NCBI GenBank assembly: GCA_016875395.1
Contig: VGRF01000004.1
Span: 138,215-202,214 of the forward strand
Length of the DNA stretch: 64,000 nt
Direction: 5' to 3'
DNA from: Deltaproteobacteria bacterium
Lineage (GTDB): Bacteria > Myxococcota_A > UBA9160 > UBA6930
Shown here: in pieces, positions 17,252 to 25,766 of the stretch
Position numbering within the stretch: the stretch's first letter is position 1
Layout of the letters: each line of letters starts with the position of its first letter
Program-made: the position numbers and the translations under genes
The notes under the pieces: generated by a model
Databases searched by the model: none
The model's input: the letters and a program-made list of their open reading frames with translations, nothing else
What the model was told of the DNA's origin: nothing

Positions 17252-18136
17252 TCAGCCGATCGGCGCCTTCACGGTGAGCACGCTGCACGGCGCGTGGCGC
17301 AGCGTTCGCTCCGCGACGCTTCCGAGCACTGCGTGCTTCACGCCGCCGAGGCCGCGCGAGCCGGTGATGATCAGGTCGGCGTGCAGCCGCTCCGCGACGC
17401 CGTCGAACGCAGCGTGCGCGGGTGCGCTCGCGAGGTCGGTCTTCACGTTCACGCCGCTGAGGCCCGCCGAGAGCGCGGCGAGCCGCTTGCGCGCCTCGGC
17501 GTAGGCGGCGTCGATCAGCGCCTCCGGCACCGACACTTCGTACGGCGTCACGAACGGCATGCGCAGCTCGAGGCCATGCACGAGGTGCAGCTCCGCGCCG
17601 AACGCGCGCGCCCAGTCCGCAGCGAGCGCCACGGCCTCTTCGGAGTGCTTCGAGAAGTCGACGCCGACGACGATCTTCTTCGGCGCCTCCGCGTGTCCCT
17701 CGCCCTTCACGGTGAGTACGGACACGGGCGATTCCTTGACCGTGCGCTCGGCGACGCTTCCCAACAAGAAGCGCCTGAAGCCGGTGTGGCCGTGTGTGCC
17801 GATCACGACGAGATCGGCGCCGATCTCTCGCGCGCGCTCCGCGACGCACAGCGACGCCGGCGCTTCGCCGAGATGCGCGGTGCCGGTGAGGCCGGCGGCG
17901 CGCACCTTCGCGTTCGCGGCGGCGAGCTTCTCCTGCGCCGTCTTGCGTGCGGCGCCAATGAACTCCGGCGGGAGCGCCACCGCATACGGCTCGAACATCG
18001 GCAGCGGAATCTCGAGCGCGTGCACGACGTGCACCTCGCCCTTCGCGGGCGCCGCAAGTGCGAGCGCAGCGGCGAGCGCGCGCTCGGCGCCGCGGGAGAA
18101 GTCGCTCGCTACCAGAATCTTGCGCGGGGTCTTCAC
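17252..18136 (-). CDS. Universal stress protein, tandem Usp domains
   Basis: Two Usp domains, each with an ATP-binding G-x2-G-x9-G(S/T) motif (GTHGHTGFRRFLLGSVAERT and GSRGLGGVKHAVLGSVAERT). The GTG start lies 3 nt after the regulator stop. Confidence 0.85.
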   Translation of the reverse strand: MKTPRKILVASDFSRGAERALAAALALAAPAKGEVHVVHALEIPLPMFEPYAVALPPEFIGAARKTAQEKLAAANAKVRAAGLTGTAHLGEAPASLCVAERAREIGADLVVIGTHGHTGFRRFLLGSVAERTVKESPVSVLTVKGEGHAEAPKKIVVGVDFSKHSEEAVALAADWARAFGAELHLVHGLELRMPFVTPYEVSVPEALIDAAYAEARKRLAALSAGLSGVNVKTDLASAPAHAAFDGVAERLHADLIITGSRGLGGVKHAVLGSVAERTLRHAPCSVLTVKAPIG

Positions 18137-18139
18137 GGG

Positions 18140-19546
18140 TTACTCCTCGTCGTGATCGGCGTGATCGCGCGCCTTTCGCTCGGCGCGGCGATAGAGCGTC
18201 TTGCGGTCGATCCCGAGGATCTGCGCGGTGCGCACCTTGTTGTTGCCCGTGTGCGCGAGAACGATCTGCGTGTACTTCTCGTCCAGCTCGTGCAGGTTCA
18301 TCCCTCGCGCGGCAGCTGCGCGCAGGTGCGCGTCGAGGTCGGGCGCCGGCGCCGCGTTGCTCGCGCTCGCCAGCGGCGCAGTCGCGGCGGGCAACGGGAT
18401 GTCCGCGGGCCCGAGCGTCTCGGCGTCGCTCATCGCGAGCGCGCGCTCGATCACGTTCTCGAGCTCGCGCGCGTTGCCGCGCCACGGCTGAACGCGCAGG
18501 AGCGCCATCGCCTCGGCCGCGACGAAGCGCTTGCGCCCCTCGCCGTGGCGGCGCAGGAACGCCTCCACGAGCGCCGGGACATCCTCCGGCCGTTCACGCA
18601 GCGGCGGCACGTGCACGGGCACGACGTTCAGGCGATAGAAGAGATCCTCGCGGAAGCGCCCCGCCGCGATCTCGGCGGGCAAGTCCTTGTTCGTCGCCGC
18701 GACGATGCGCACATCGACCTTGATGGTCTGCGTGCCGCCGACGGGCCGGATCTCACGATCCTGCAGCACCCGCAACAACTTGCCCTGCAGCGCGAGGCCC
18801 ATGTCGCCGATCTCGTCGAGGAACAGCGTCCCGCCGTGCGCCTTCTCGAACAGGCCGCGCTTGTTCGTGTGCGCGCCGGTGAACGCGCCGCGCACGTGGC
18901 CGAACAGCTCGCTCTCGAGCAGGCCCTCGGGAATCGCGGTGCAGTTGATCGGGACGAAGGGCTTGTCGCTGCGCGAGCCGTGAAAGTGAAGCGTGCGCGC
19001 CACGACTTCTTTGCCCGTGCCGCTCTCGCCTGTGATCAGCACGCTGGCGCGGCTGTGACCCACGCGCTGGATCAGCGCGATGATGTCGCGCATCGAGGCG
19101 CTGGTACCGATCAGGTCGCCGAGCTCGCCCGTGGTCTGCACCGCGCGGCGCAGCGACTCATTCTCGCGCGCGAGCGCCGAGCGCTCGATCGCGCGCTCGA
19201 CCACGAAGGTCACCGCGTCGGGCTCGAACGGCTTCGTGATGTAGTCGAAGGCGCCCGCGCGCATCGCCTCGACCGCGGAGTCGATCGTCCCGAACGCGGT
19301 CATCAGCACCACCGGCGTGCTCGGGCGCAGGCGGTGCAGCTTGCCCACGAGCTCGATGCCGGACATGCCGGGCATGCGGATGTCGGAGAGCACCACGTCG
19401 AAGTCGCGCTCGGCGACGAGCTCCAGGGCAACGCTCGCGGAGGCCGCCTCCTCCACCCAGAGCCCGCGCTCTTTGAATAGGGACGCGAGCATCTCGCGCA
19501 TCGCGCGGTCGTCGTCCACCACCAGAATCTGTGCCGTGTGTCGCAT
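18140..19546 (-). CDS. Sigma54-dependent response regulator (NtrC family: REC + AAA+ + Fis HTH)
   Basis: REC domain ILVVDDD...DVVLSDIRMPGMSG, Walker A GESGTGKE, GAFTGA loop, C-terminal HTH NKVRTAQILGIDRKTLYRR. Start placed at ATG 19546. Confidence 0.9.
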   Translation of the reverse strand: MRHTAQILVVDDDRAMREMLASLFKERGLWVEEAASASVALELVAERDFDVVLSDIRMPGMSGIELVGKLHRLRPSTPVVLMTAFGTIDSAVEAMRAGAFDYITKPFEPDAVTFVVERAIERSALARENESLRRAVQTTGELGDLIGTSASMRDIIALIQRVGHSRASVLITGESGTGKEVVARTLHFHGSRSDKPFVPINCTAIPEGLLESELFGHVRGAFTGAHTNKRGLFEKAHGGTLFLDEIGDMGLALQGKLLRVLQDREIRPVGGTQTIKVDVRIVAATNKDLPAEIAAGRFREDLFYRLNVVPVHVPPLRERPEDVPALVEAFLRRHGEGRKRFVAAEAMALLRVQPWRGNARELENVIERALAMSDAETLGPADIPLPAATAPLASASNAAPAPDLDAHLRAAAARGMNLHELDEKYTQIVLAHTGNNKVRTAQILGIDRKTLYRRAERKARDHADHDEE

Positions 19547-19558
19547 ATGCAGCCTCTG

Positions 19559-19575
19559 AGCACAGGGCGTGCCAA
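19559..19575 (-). promoter_or_regulatory. Putative sigma54 promoter upstream of the regulator-USP operon
   Basis: The minus strand reads tTGGCACGccctgTGCTc (GG-N10-GC). The -12 GC lies about 13 nt before ATG 19546. Confidence 0.6.
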
Positions 19576-19708
19576 GCGCCGAGCGCCCTCGCCCGCACTC
19601 GAGCACCGTTGATTGTGGCACGAAGCGACACAGCCCGGAGGGAGATCGGGGCTGTCGGCCACAGCAAAGCGTTCCGGAGGTGTCTGATTCCGGCGTGTCG
19701 CTGCGGCG

Positions 19709-20953
19709 CTACTGGGCTGCGAGCACCACCCGAAACTCGGTGCCTTCGGGGCCCGTTCGCACGATCTCGATCTCGCCGCCGTGGTCTTGCGCGATGCCCT
19801 GCGCGACGGCGAGGCCGAGGCCGTGCCCCTGCCCCGCCTCCTTCGTCGTGAAGAACGGGTCGAAGATGCGCTGCGCGACCTCGGGGGGAATCCCGGTGCC
19901 GGTATCGGCGATGCGCACCTCCGCGCCGCCATCTGCGGGGGCGACTCTGACGCGGAGCTGGCCGCCGCGCGGCATCGCGTCGATCGCGTTCATCACGAGG
20001 TTGAGGAAGACCTGCTGCAGCGCCTCGGCGTCGGCGGTCACGGACGGCACCTCGCCGTACTCGCGCACGACCTCGACGCGCCGCCGCGTGAGCCGCTCGG
20101 TGAGAAACGCCAGCGTCGAATCGAGCAACGGCCCGAGCTGCACGGGCACGCGCGTCCGGCGCGCCGAGGGCCGAGCCATGTTGAGCAGGCTCTCCATGAT
20201 GCGGGCGATGCGCGCGATCTGCGCCTGAATCGTGCGCAGCCGCCAGCGCGCGTTCTCGTCCTGCACCGCGGGCTCGAGCAGCTTCGCGTGGCCCTGAATC
20301 ACGCCCATCGGCGTCCCGATCTCGTGCGCGAGCCCGGCCACGAGCGTGCCGATCGAGGCGAGCCGCTCGGCCGCCTGCGCGCGCGCGCGGCTCGTACGCA
20401 GCTCGACCCCCGTCGTCTCGAGATCGCGCGCAAGCTTGCGGCCCGATTCCGCGAGCTGCTGATTCAAGTACTCGAGGTCGCGCTCGCGACGATCCACGTA
20501 CGTCTCGAGCGCGAGCGAGGAGTCGAGGTGGAGGCGGCGCCGCAGCGTCGTGAGCAGGCGCCGCGAGCGCTCGATCTCACCGGGAAACGCGTCGATCACC
20601 AGAGGCGTGAGCAGCGTCTCGTAGAGCGAGTAGGCGCCCAGGTACCACGTGGGAGCGAGCCCGATGCGTTCGTGCACGTCGCCGATGTGCCGCCGCCGCT
20701 CGAGGTACGCCTCGTCGATCACCGGCTCCGCGAGGCTGCACAGGTACTCGCGCTGATCGGCGAGCAGCCGCTCCGTCACCTTGGGGGCGCGCAGGAGCGT
20801 GCGGGTCTCGGGGAACGCGAGCAGGTGCCGGTAGAACGCAGCCACGAGCTCGTCCGCGTTCTTCTCGAACACGGGCTCGAGGTCGGCGAGCCGCGCGATG
20901 TCCTCGTCGCGGAGCTCGTAGAACGCGAGAAGCACGGAGCACTCGAACGCCAT
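19709..20953 (-). CDS. Globin-coupled sensor histidine kinase (cytoplasmic)
   Basis: The N-terminal ~160 aa has a protoglobin/GCS signature (FYRHLLAFPETRTLL, YLERRRHIGDVHERIGLAPTWYLGAYS). It is followed by a coiled coil, H-box LAHEIGTP, N-box LNLVMNAIDA, and DTGTGI and GHGLGL. No TM helix is present. Confidence 0.85.
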   Translation of the reverse strand: MAFECSVLLAFYELRDEDIARLADLEPVFEKNADELVAAFYRHLLAFPETRTLLRAPKVTERLLADQREYLCSLAEPVIDEAYLERRRHIGDVHERIGLAPTWYLGAYSLYETLLTPLVIDAFPGEIERSRRLLTTLRRRLHLDSSLALETYVDRRERDLEYLNQQLAESGRKLARDLETTGVELRTSRARAQAAERLASIGTLVAGLAHEIGTPMGVIQGHAKLLEPAVQDENARWRLRTIQAQIARIARIMESLLNMARPSARRTRVPVQLGPLLDSTLAFLTERLTRRRVEVVREYGEVPSVTADAEALQQVFLNLVMNAIDAMPRGGQLRVRVAPADGGAEVRIADTGTGIPPEVAQRIFDPFFTTKEAGQGHGLGLAVAQGIAQDHGGEIEIVRTGPEGTEFRVVLAAQ

Positions 20954-21002
20954 GGCGGCAGAATGGAGCGATCCGGGGCGCTGTCAAAACATTCGAGCAG
21001 GT

Positions 21003-21019
21003 CGGCACGGTCGCTGCAA
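21003..21019 (+). promoter_or_regulatory. Putative sigma54 promoter for the Zn-ribbon / cytochrome c pair
   Basis: cGGCACGgtcgcTGCAa (GG-N10-GC) lies 25 nt before ATG 21042. The predicted short leader contains GGAGG. Confidence 0.55.
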
Positions 21020-21041
21020 CGCAACCGAGCCGGAGGGCCCC

Positions 21042-21548
21042 ATGCGCCGCCAACGCTCGAAGACGCACCCCGCTGCCACACAGCCCCGCGAAAGCGCGAC
21101 CAACAAGCCGCGCCGCGGCGATCCCTACTCGACGCGCCGCAAGCACCCCGACCCGAGCGCATGCACCGAGTGCCGCGCGATCTACCGCGCGGGACGTTGG
21201 GCGTGGGGCTCACCGCCGGCGGACGCCGAGCGCGTCGTGTGTCCCGCCTGTCGCCGCATCGCGGACGGCTATCCCGCGGGCTTGCTCTCGCTGCGGGGCG
21301 ACTACTGGCCCGCGCATCGCGCCGAGCTCGAGGCGCTGGCGCGCCACGTCGAGGAGCGCGAGCGCGCGGAGCATCCACTGAAGCGCATCGCGACCGTGCG
21401 CACGAACGAAGGCGCGCTCGAGATCGCGACGACCGACGCGAAGCTCGCGCGCGGAATCGGCGCAGCGCTACGCCGCGCGCACCGCGGCGCGCTACACGTC
21501 CCGCGCAGCTCGCGCGACAACGTGACGCGCGTCGTGTGGGAGAGGTGA
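21042..21548 (+). CDS. Zinc-ribbon protein, BCAM0308/NMD3-like family
   Basis: ATG 21042 has a GGAGG RBS. CTEC...CPAC cysteine pairs are followed by HPLKRI...EIATTDAKLARGIG. The family name is recalled from memory and was not searched. Confidence 0.65.
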   Translation: MRRQRSKTHPAATQPRESATNKPRRGDPYSTRRKHPDPSACTECRAIYRAGRWAWGSPPADAERVVCPACRRIADGYPAGLLSLRGDYWPAHRAELEALARHVEERERAEHPLKRIATVRTNEGALEIATTDAKLARGIGAALRRAHRGALHVPRSSRDNVTRVVWER

Positions 21549-21553
21549 TCGCG

Positions 21554-21970
21554 ATGAAGCTCCGCTGCGGCCTGACGGCGAGCACTGCAGTTCTGACGGC
21601 CATCTTCAGCGTCGCGTGCGAACGCCCGAATCCGCCCGCGGGCGGAGCCGCGCTCTTCGCGAAGCACTGCGCTTCCTGCCACGGCGCGACCGGCGTCGGC
21701 GATGGCCCGCTCGCCGCCGAGCTGCGCACGCCGCCCGCGGATCTCACGCGCATCGCCGAGCGCAACGGCGGCAAGTTCGACGAGGCCGCGGTGATGTCGG
21801 CGATCGACGGGCGCCGCGCCGTCGCCGCGCACGGACCGCGCGACATGCCCGTGTGGTCGGAGGTGTTCCAGACCGAGTTCGAGCAGAGCGGCATGCCGCG
21901 CCCGCACGCGACCGCGCTCGAACGCTCGCGCCTGATGGCCGACTACCTGCGCACGATCCAGGCGAAGTAG
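21554..21970 (+). CDS. Lipoprotein c-type cytochrome (monohaem)
   Basis: Lipobox AIFSVAC, CASCH haem motif, and a distal Met candidate in PRDMPVW. Confidence 0.8.
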   Translation: MKLRCGLTASTAVLTAIFSVACERPNPPAGGAALFAKHCASCHGATGVGDGPLAAELRTPPADLTRIAERNGGKFDEAAVMSAIDGRRAVAAHGPRDMPVWSEVFQTEFEQSGMPRPHATALERSRLMADYLRTIQAK

Positions 21971-22049
21971 CCGCAGACGCAGAGTTTTCGCGCGGCGAGG
22001 CGTTTCGTCGCGGTTAGACTGCGCGCGCTTTTTTCCGACGGAGGGGCGC

Positions 22050-22913
22050 GTGGCAGAGGTGAAGACCGTCGTCGTCGACGGAATGGCGCTGGCGAACGAT
22101 CTGCGCTCGCGCATGACGCAGGAGGTCGCGCAGCTCACGGCGAGCGGTCGCCGCGCGCCGTGCCTCGCGGTGGTGCTCGTCGGCGACAACCCGGCGAGCG
22201 CGTCCTACATCAAGGGCAAGCGCCGCGCGTGCGCGCGTCTCGGCATGGACTCGGTCGAGCACACCCTCGCCGCGGACGCGACGCAGGCCGACCTGCTCGC
22301 GCTCGTCGACAAGCTGAACCGCGACGCCGGCATCGACGGCATTCTCGTGCAGCTCCCCTTGCCGAAGCAGATCGACCCGAGCGCGATCGCCGCCGCGATC
22401 GACGCCGACAAGGACGTCGACGGCGTGGGGCCGCTCAACGCGGGCCGGCTCGTGCTCGGCCTGCCGGGCCTGTTCGCCTGCACGCCGCTCGGGATCATGG
22501 AGATCCTCGCGCTGCACAAGATTCCGCTCGAAGGCGCGAACGCGTTGGTGATCGGGCGCAGCATGATCGTGGGCAAGCCGATCTCGCTGCTGCTCCAGCA
22601 GAAGAACGCGACCGTCACGATGTGCCACTCGCGCACGCGCGACCTCGCGGGGTTGTGCCGGAGCGCGGACATCCTCGTCGCCGCGACTGGCGCGGCGCGC
22701 ATGGTGAAGCGCGACTGGATCAAGCCCGGCGCGGCGGTGATCGATGTCGGCGTGAGCGAGATCGACGGCAAGCTCGTGGGCGACGTCGACTTCGAGAACG
22801 TGATGGGTGTCGCCGGGATCGTGACGCCGCCGAAGGGCGGCGTCGGCCCGATGACGATCACGATGCTGCTGCACAACACGCTGCGCGCGTACCGGCTGCG
22901 GACCGGCGCGTGA
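22050..22913 (+). CDS. folD: Bifunctional methylenetetrahydrofolate dehydrogenase/cyclohydrolase
   Basis: Full-length FolD pattern (VLVGDNPASASYIKGK, GILVQLPLP, VIGRSMIVGKP, PPKGGVGPMT). GTG start. Confidence 0.9.
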   Translation: MAEVKTVVVDGMALANDLRSRMTQEVAQLTASGRRAPCLAVVLVGDNPASASYIKGKRRACARLGMDSVEHTLAADATQADLLALVDKLNRDAGIDGILVQLPLPKQIDPSAIAAAIDADKDVDGVGPLNAGRLVLGLPGLFACTPLGIMEILALHKIPLEGANALVIGRSMIVGKPISLLLQQKNATVTMCHSRTRDLAGLCRSADILVAATGAARMVKRDWIKPGAAVIDVGVSEIDGKLVGDVDFENVMGVAGIVTPPKGGVGPMTITMLLHNTLRAYRLRTGA

Positions 22914-24004
22914 GCGCCCTGCTCCGCACGCCGCTCTACGCCGTCCACCGCGCGCTCGGCGCGCGGCTCGTGCCGTTCGCGGGCTTCGAGATGCCCGTGC
23001 AGTACCGCTCGATCCTCGAGGAGCACGCCGCCGTGCGCGAGCGCGCGGGCCTGTTCGACGTCTCGCACATGGGGCAGCTGCATCTCGGCGGCGCGAGCGC
23101 GATAGCCGACGCCGAGCGGCTGCTCACGTGCCCCGTCGCATCGCTGAAGCCCGGCCGCGTGCGCTACGGCCTGCTCTGCAACGAGCGCGGCGGCGTGGTC
23201 GACGACGTGACCGTCTACCGCATCGCGAGCGATCACCTGCTGATCTGCGTGAACGCCTCGAACATCGCGAAGGACCACGCCTGGGTGGCGTCGCACCTGA
23301 GCCCGACGACGCAGCTGCGCAACGCGAGCGACGAGACCTGCCTGCTCGCGCTGCAGGGGCCCGCGAGCGACGCGATCCTCGCGCCGCTCGTGGCCGCGGA
23401 TCTCGCGCGCGTGCGCTTCTTCGCGTTCACCGAGACGACGCTCGCCGGCATGCGCGTGCTGGTGTCGCGCACGGGCTACACGCACGCCGGCGGCTTCGAG
23501 ATCTACGGCGCCGCGGGCGATGCGGAGAAGCTGTGGCGCGCGCTCAGCGAAGCAGGCGCGGCGCATGGGCTCACGCCCGCGGGCCTCGGCGCGCGCGACA
23601 CGCTGCGCCTCGAGGCCGCGCTGCCGCTCTACGGCCACGAGCTCGACGACGCGACGACGCCGCTCGAAGCGCGCCTCGAGCGCTTCGTGAAGCTCGACGC
23701 CGGCGGCTTCATCGGCTGCGAAGCGCTGCGCGCGCAGCGAGCGAGCGGCGTGCCGCGCGCGCTCGTCGGATTCGCGATCGAGGGCCGCGGCATCGCGCGC
23801 GCAGAGCACGTGCTCACTGCGAATGGCAGCGAGGTCGGACGGGTCACCTCGGGTGCGCCCTCGCCCACCCTCGGAAACGCGATCGGGCTCGGGTACGTTG
23901 CGCCGCCGTTCGCCGCGGTGGGAACTGCGCTCGGCGTGATCGTTCGCGGTCAAAGCGTCGCAGCGCGGGTCGTCGAGACGCCATTCGTGCGCGGGCCGCA
24001 ATAA
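22910..24004 (+). CDS. gcvT: Glycine cleavage system aminomethyltransferase (T protein)
   Basis: TPLYAVHRALGARLVPFAGFEMPVQY, GLFDVSHMG and SRTGYTHAGGFEI. The GTG overlaps the folD stop (GTGA). Confidence 0.9.
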   Translation: MSALLRTPLYAVHRALGARLVPFAGFEMPVQYRSILEEHAAVRERAGLFDVSHMGQLHLGGASAIADAERLLTCPVASLKPGRVRYGLLCNERGGVVDDVTVYRIASDHLLICVNASNIAKDHAWVASHLSPTTQLRNASDETCLLALQGPASDAILAPLVAADLARVRFFAFTETTLAGMRVLVSRTGYTHAGGFEIYGAAGDAEKLWRALSEAGAAHGLTPAGLGARDTLRLEAALPLYGHELDDATTPLEARLERFVKLDAGGFIGCEALRAQRASGVPRALVGFAIEGRGIARAEHVLTANGSEVGRVTSGAPSPTLGNAIGLGYVAPPFAAVGTALGVIVRGQSVAARVVETPFVRGPQ

Positions 24005-24027
24005 CGAGCTGCATTCGGGGGGATGCC

Positions 24028-24423
24028 GTGGCGAAGTACGAAATTCCGGACGATCTCTACTACACGCGCGAGGACGAGTGGGTCCGCGTCGAGCGCGGGC
24101 GCGCGACGATCGGCGTCACCGACTACGCGCAGCAGCAGCTCGGCGACATCGTGTTCGTGGAGCTGCCGGAAGTGGGGCGCGCGCTCGATCGCGGCGAGCC
24201 CTTCGGCGTGGTCGAGTCGGTGAAGGCCGTCGCGGACCTGTTCGCGCCGATCACCGGCGAAGTCGTCGAGGTGAACTCCGGCCTCGCGGAAGCGCCCGAC
24301 GGCGTGAACGCGGATTGTTACGGCGACGGCTGGATGATCGTGGTGAAGCTCTCCGACGAGAGCGAGCTCGAGCAGCTGCTCAGCGCCGGCGACTACATGC
24401 AGCACGTGAAGGACCGTGGGTAA
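24028..24423 (+). CDS. gcvH: Glycine cleavage system H protein
   Basis: Lipoyl-lysine motif VESVKAV and a YTREDEWV N-terminus; 131 aa. Confidence 0.9.
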   Translation: MAKYEIPDDLYYTREDEWVRVERGRATIGVTDYAQQQLGDIVFVELPEVGRALDRGEPFGVVESVKAVADLFAPITGEVVEVNSGLAEAPDGVNADCYGDGWMIVVKLSDESELEQLLSAGDYMQHVKDRG

Positions 24424-24431
24424 GGCTTCAC

Positions 24432-25766
24432 GTGCGTTATCTGCCTCACACCGACGACGACGTACGGGAGATGCTGGCCGTCGTCGGGCAGCCTGATCTC
24501 GGCGCGCTCTTCGACAGCATCCCCGCGAAGTTCCGGCTGACGCGGCCGCTCGACGTGCCTGCGGCGGCGAGCGAGTACGAGATCCTCGACGAGCTCGGCG
24601 CGCTTGCGGCGCAGAACGAGAACGCCGCCACGCGCGCGTGGTTTCTCGGAGCCGGCGTGCACCACCACTACGTGCCGAGCGCCGTCGACGCGCTGATCTC
24701 GCGCGCCGAGTTCTACTCCTCGTACACGCCGTATCAGCCCGAGATCTCGCAGGGCACGCTGCAGGCGATCTTCGAGTGGCAGACGATGCTGTGCGGCCTG
24801 ACCGGCATGGAGGTGAGCAACGCCTCGCTCTACGACGGCGCATCCGCGACGGCCGAGGCCGTGCTGATGGCGCTGCGCATCGGGAAGCGGCGCAAGGTCG
24901 CGGTCTCCGCGGCGCTGCATCCGCACTATCGCGGCGTGCTCGAGACCTATCTCGCGGCGCTCGACTTCGAGCTCGCCACGCTTCCGCGCGGCGCGGACGG
25001 GCGCACGCAGGCGAGCGGCGTCGATCGCGACACCGCGTGCGTCGTCGTGCAGCAGCCGAACTTCTTCGGGTGCATCGAGGACCTGCGTGCGATCTCCGCC
25101 GCCGCGAAGGCGCAAGGCGCGCTGGTCGTCACGAGCGTGGCCGAGGCGATCTCGCTCGCGCTGCTCGCGGCGCCCGCGGACTGCGGCGCCGACATCGTGT
25201 GCGGCGAGGCGCAGAGCTTCGGCGTACCGATTGCGTTCGGCGGCCCGCACCTCGGCTTTCTCACCTCGCGCATGGCGCACGTACGGCAGATGCCGGGCCG
25301 ACTCGTCGGCGAGACGCTCGATGCCGACGGCCAGCCCGGCTACGTGCTCACGCTCTCGACGCGCGAGCAGCACATCCGCCGCGAGCGCGCGACGTCGAAC
25401 ATCTGCACGAACCAGGGCCTGTGCCTGATGATGGCGACGATCTTCCTCGCGCTGCACGGCAAGACCGGCCTGCGCCAGCTCGCCGAGCGCAATCTCGCGA
25501 AGGCCGAGTACGCGAGGGCGCAGCTGCGCGCTGCGGGGCTCACGCTTCCGTTCGCCGCGCCGAGCTTCAACGAGTTCGTGGTGCAGCTGCGCGAGCCGGC
25601 CGAGCGCGCGCTCGCGCGTGCGCGCGGCGCCGGCATCGTGGCCGGGCTCGATCTCGCGAAGTTCGCCCCCGAGCTCGGCGATGCCCTGCTCGTGTGCGTG
25701 ACGGAGACCGCCTCGCGCGCGCAGATCGACGCGCTCGCGCGCGTTCTCGCTGGAGCGAAGTCGTGA
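24432..25766 (+). CDS. gcvPA: Glycine dehydrogenase (decarboxylating) subunit 1
   Basis: YLPHTDDDVREML, SYTPYQPEISQGTLQ and TREQHIRRERATSNICTNQ. Confidence 0.9.
   Translation: MRYLPHTDDDVREMLAVVGQPDLGALFDSIPAKFRLTRPLDVPAAASEYEILDELGALAAQNENAATRAWFLGAGVHHHYVPSAVDALISRAEFYSSYTPYQPEISQGTLQAIFEWQTMLCGLTGMEVSNASLYDGASATAEAVLMALRIGKRRKVAVSAALHPHYRGVLETYLAALDFELATLPRGADGRTQASGVDRDTACVVVQQPNFFGCIEDLRAISAAAKAQGALVVTSVAEAISLALLAAPADCGADIVCGEAQSFGVPIAFGGPHLGFLTSRMAHVRQMPGRLVGETLDADGQPGYVLTLSTREQHIRRERATSNICTNQGLCLMMATIFLALHGKTGLRQLAERNLAKAEYARAQLRAAGLTLPFAAPSFNEFVVQLREPAERALARARGAGIVAGLDLAKFAPELGDALLVCVTETASRAQIDALARVLAGAKS

Noticed and set aside
21971-22049. Glycine riboswitch upstream of the gcv operon
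   Set aside because: The spacer is too short, and I could not find the conserved GGAGAG...CACCG...GGGGCAA-type cores by eye.
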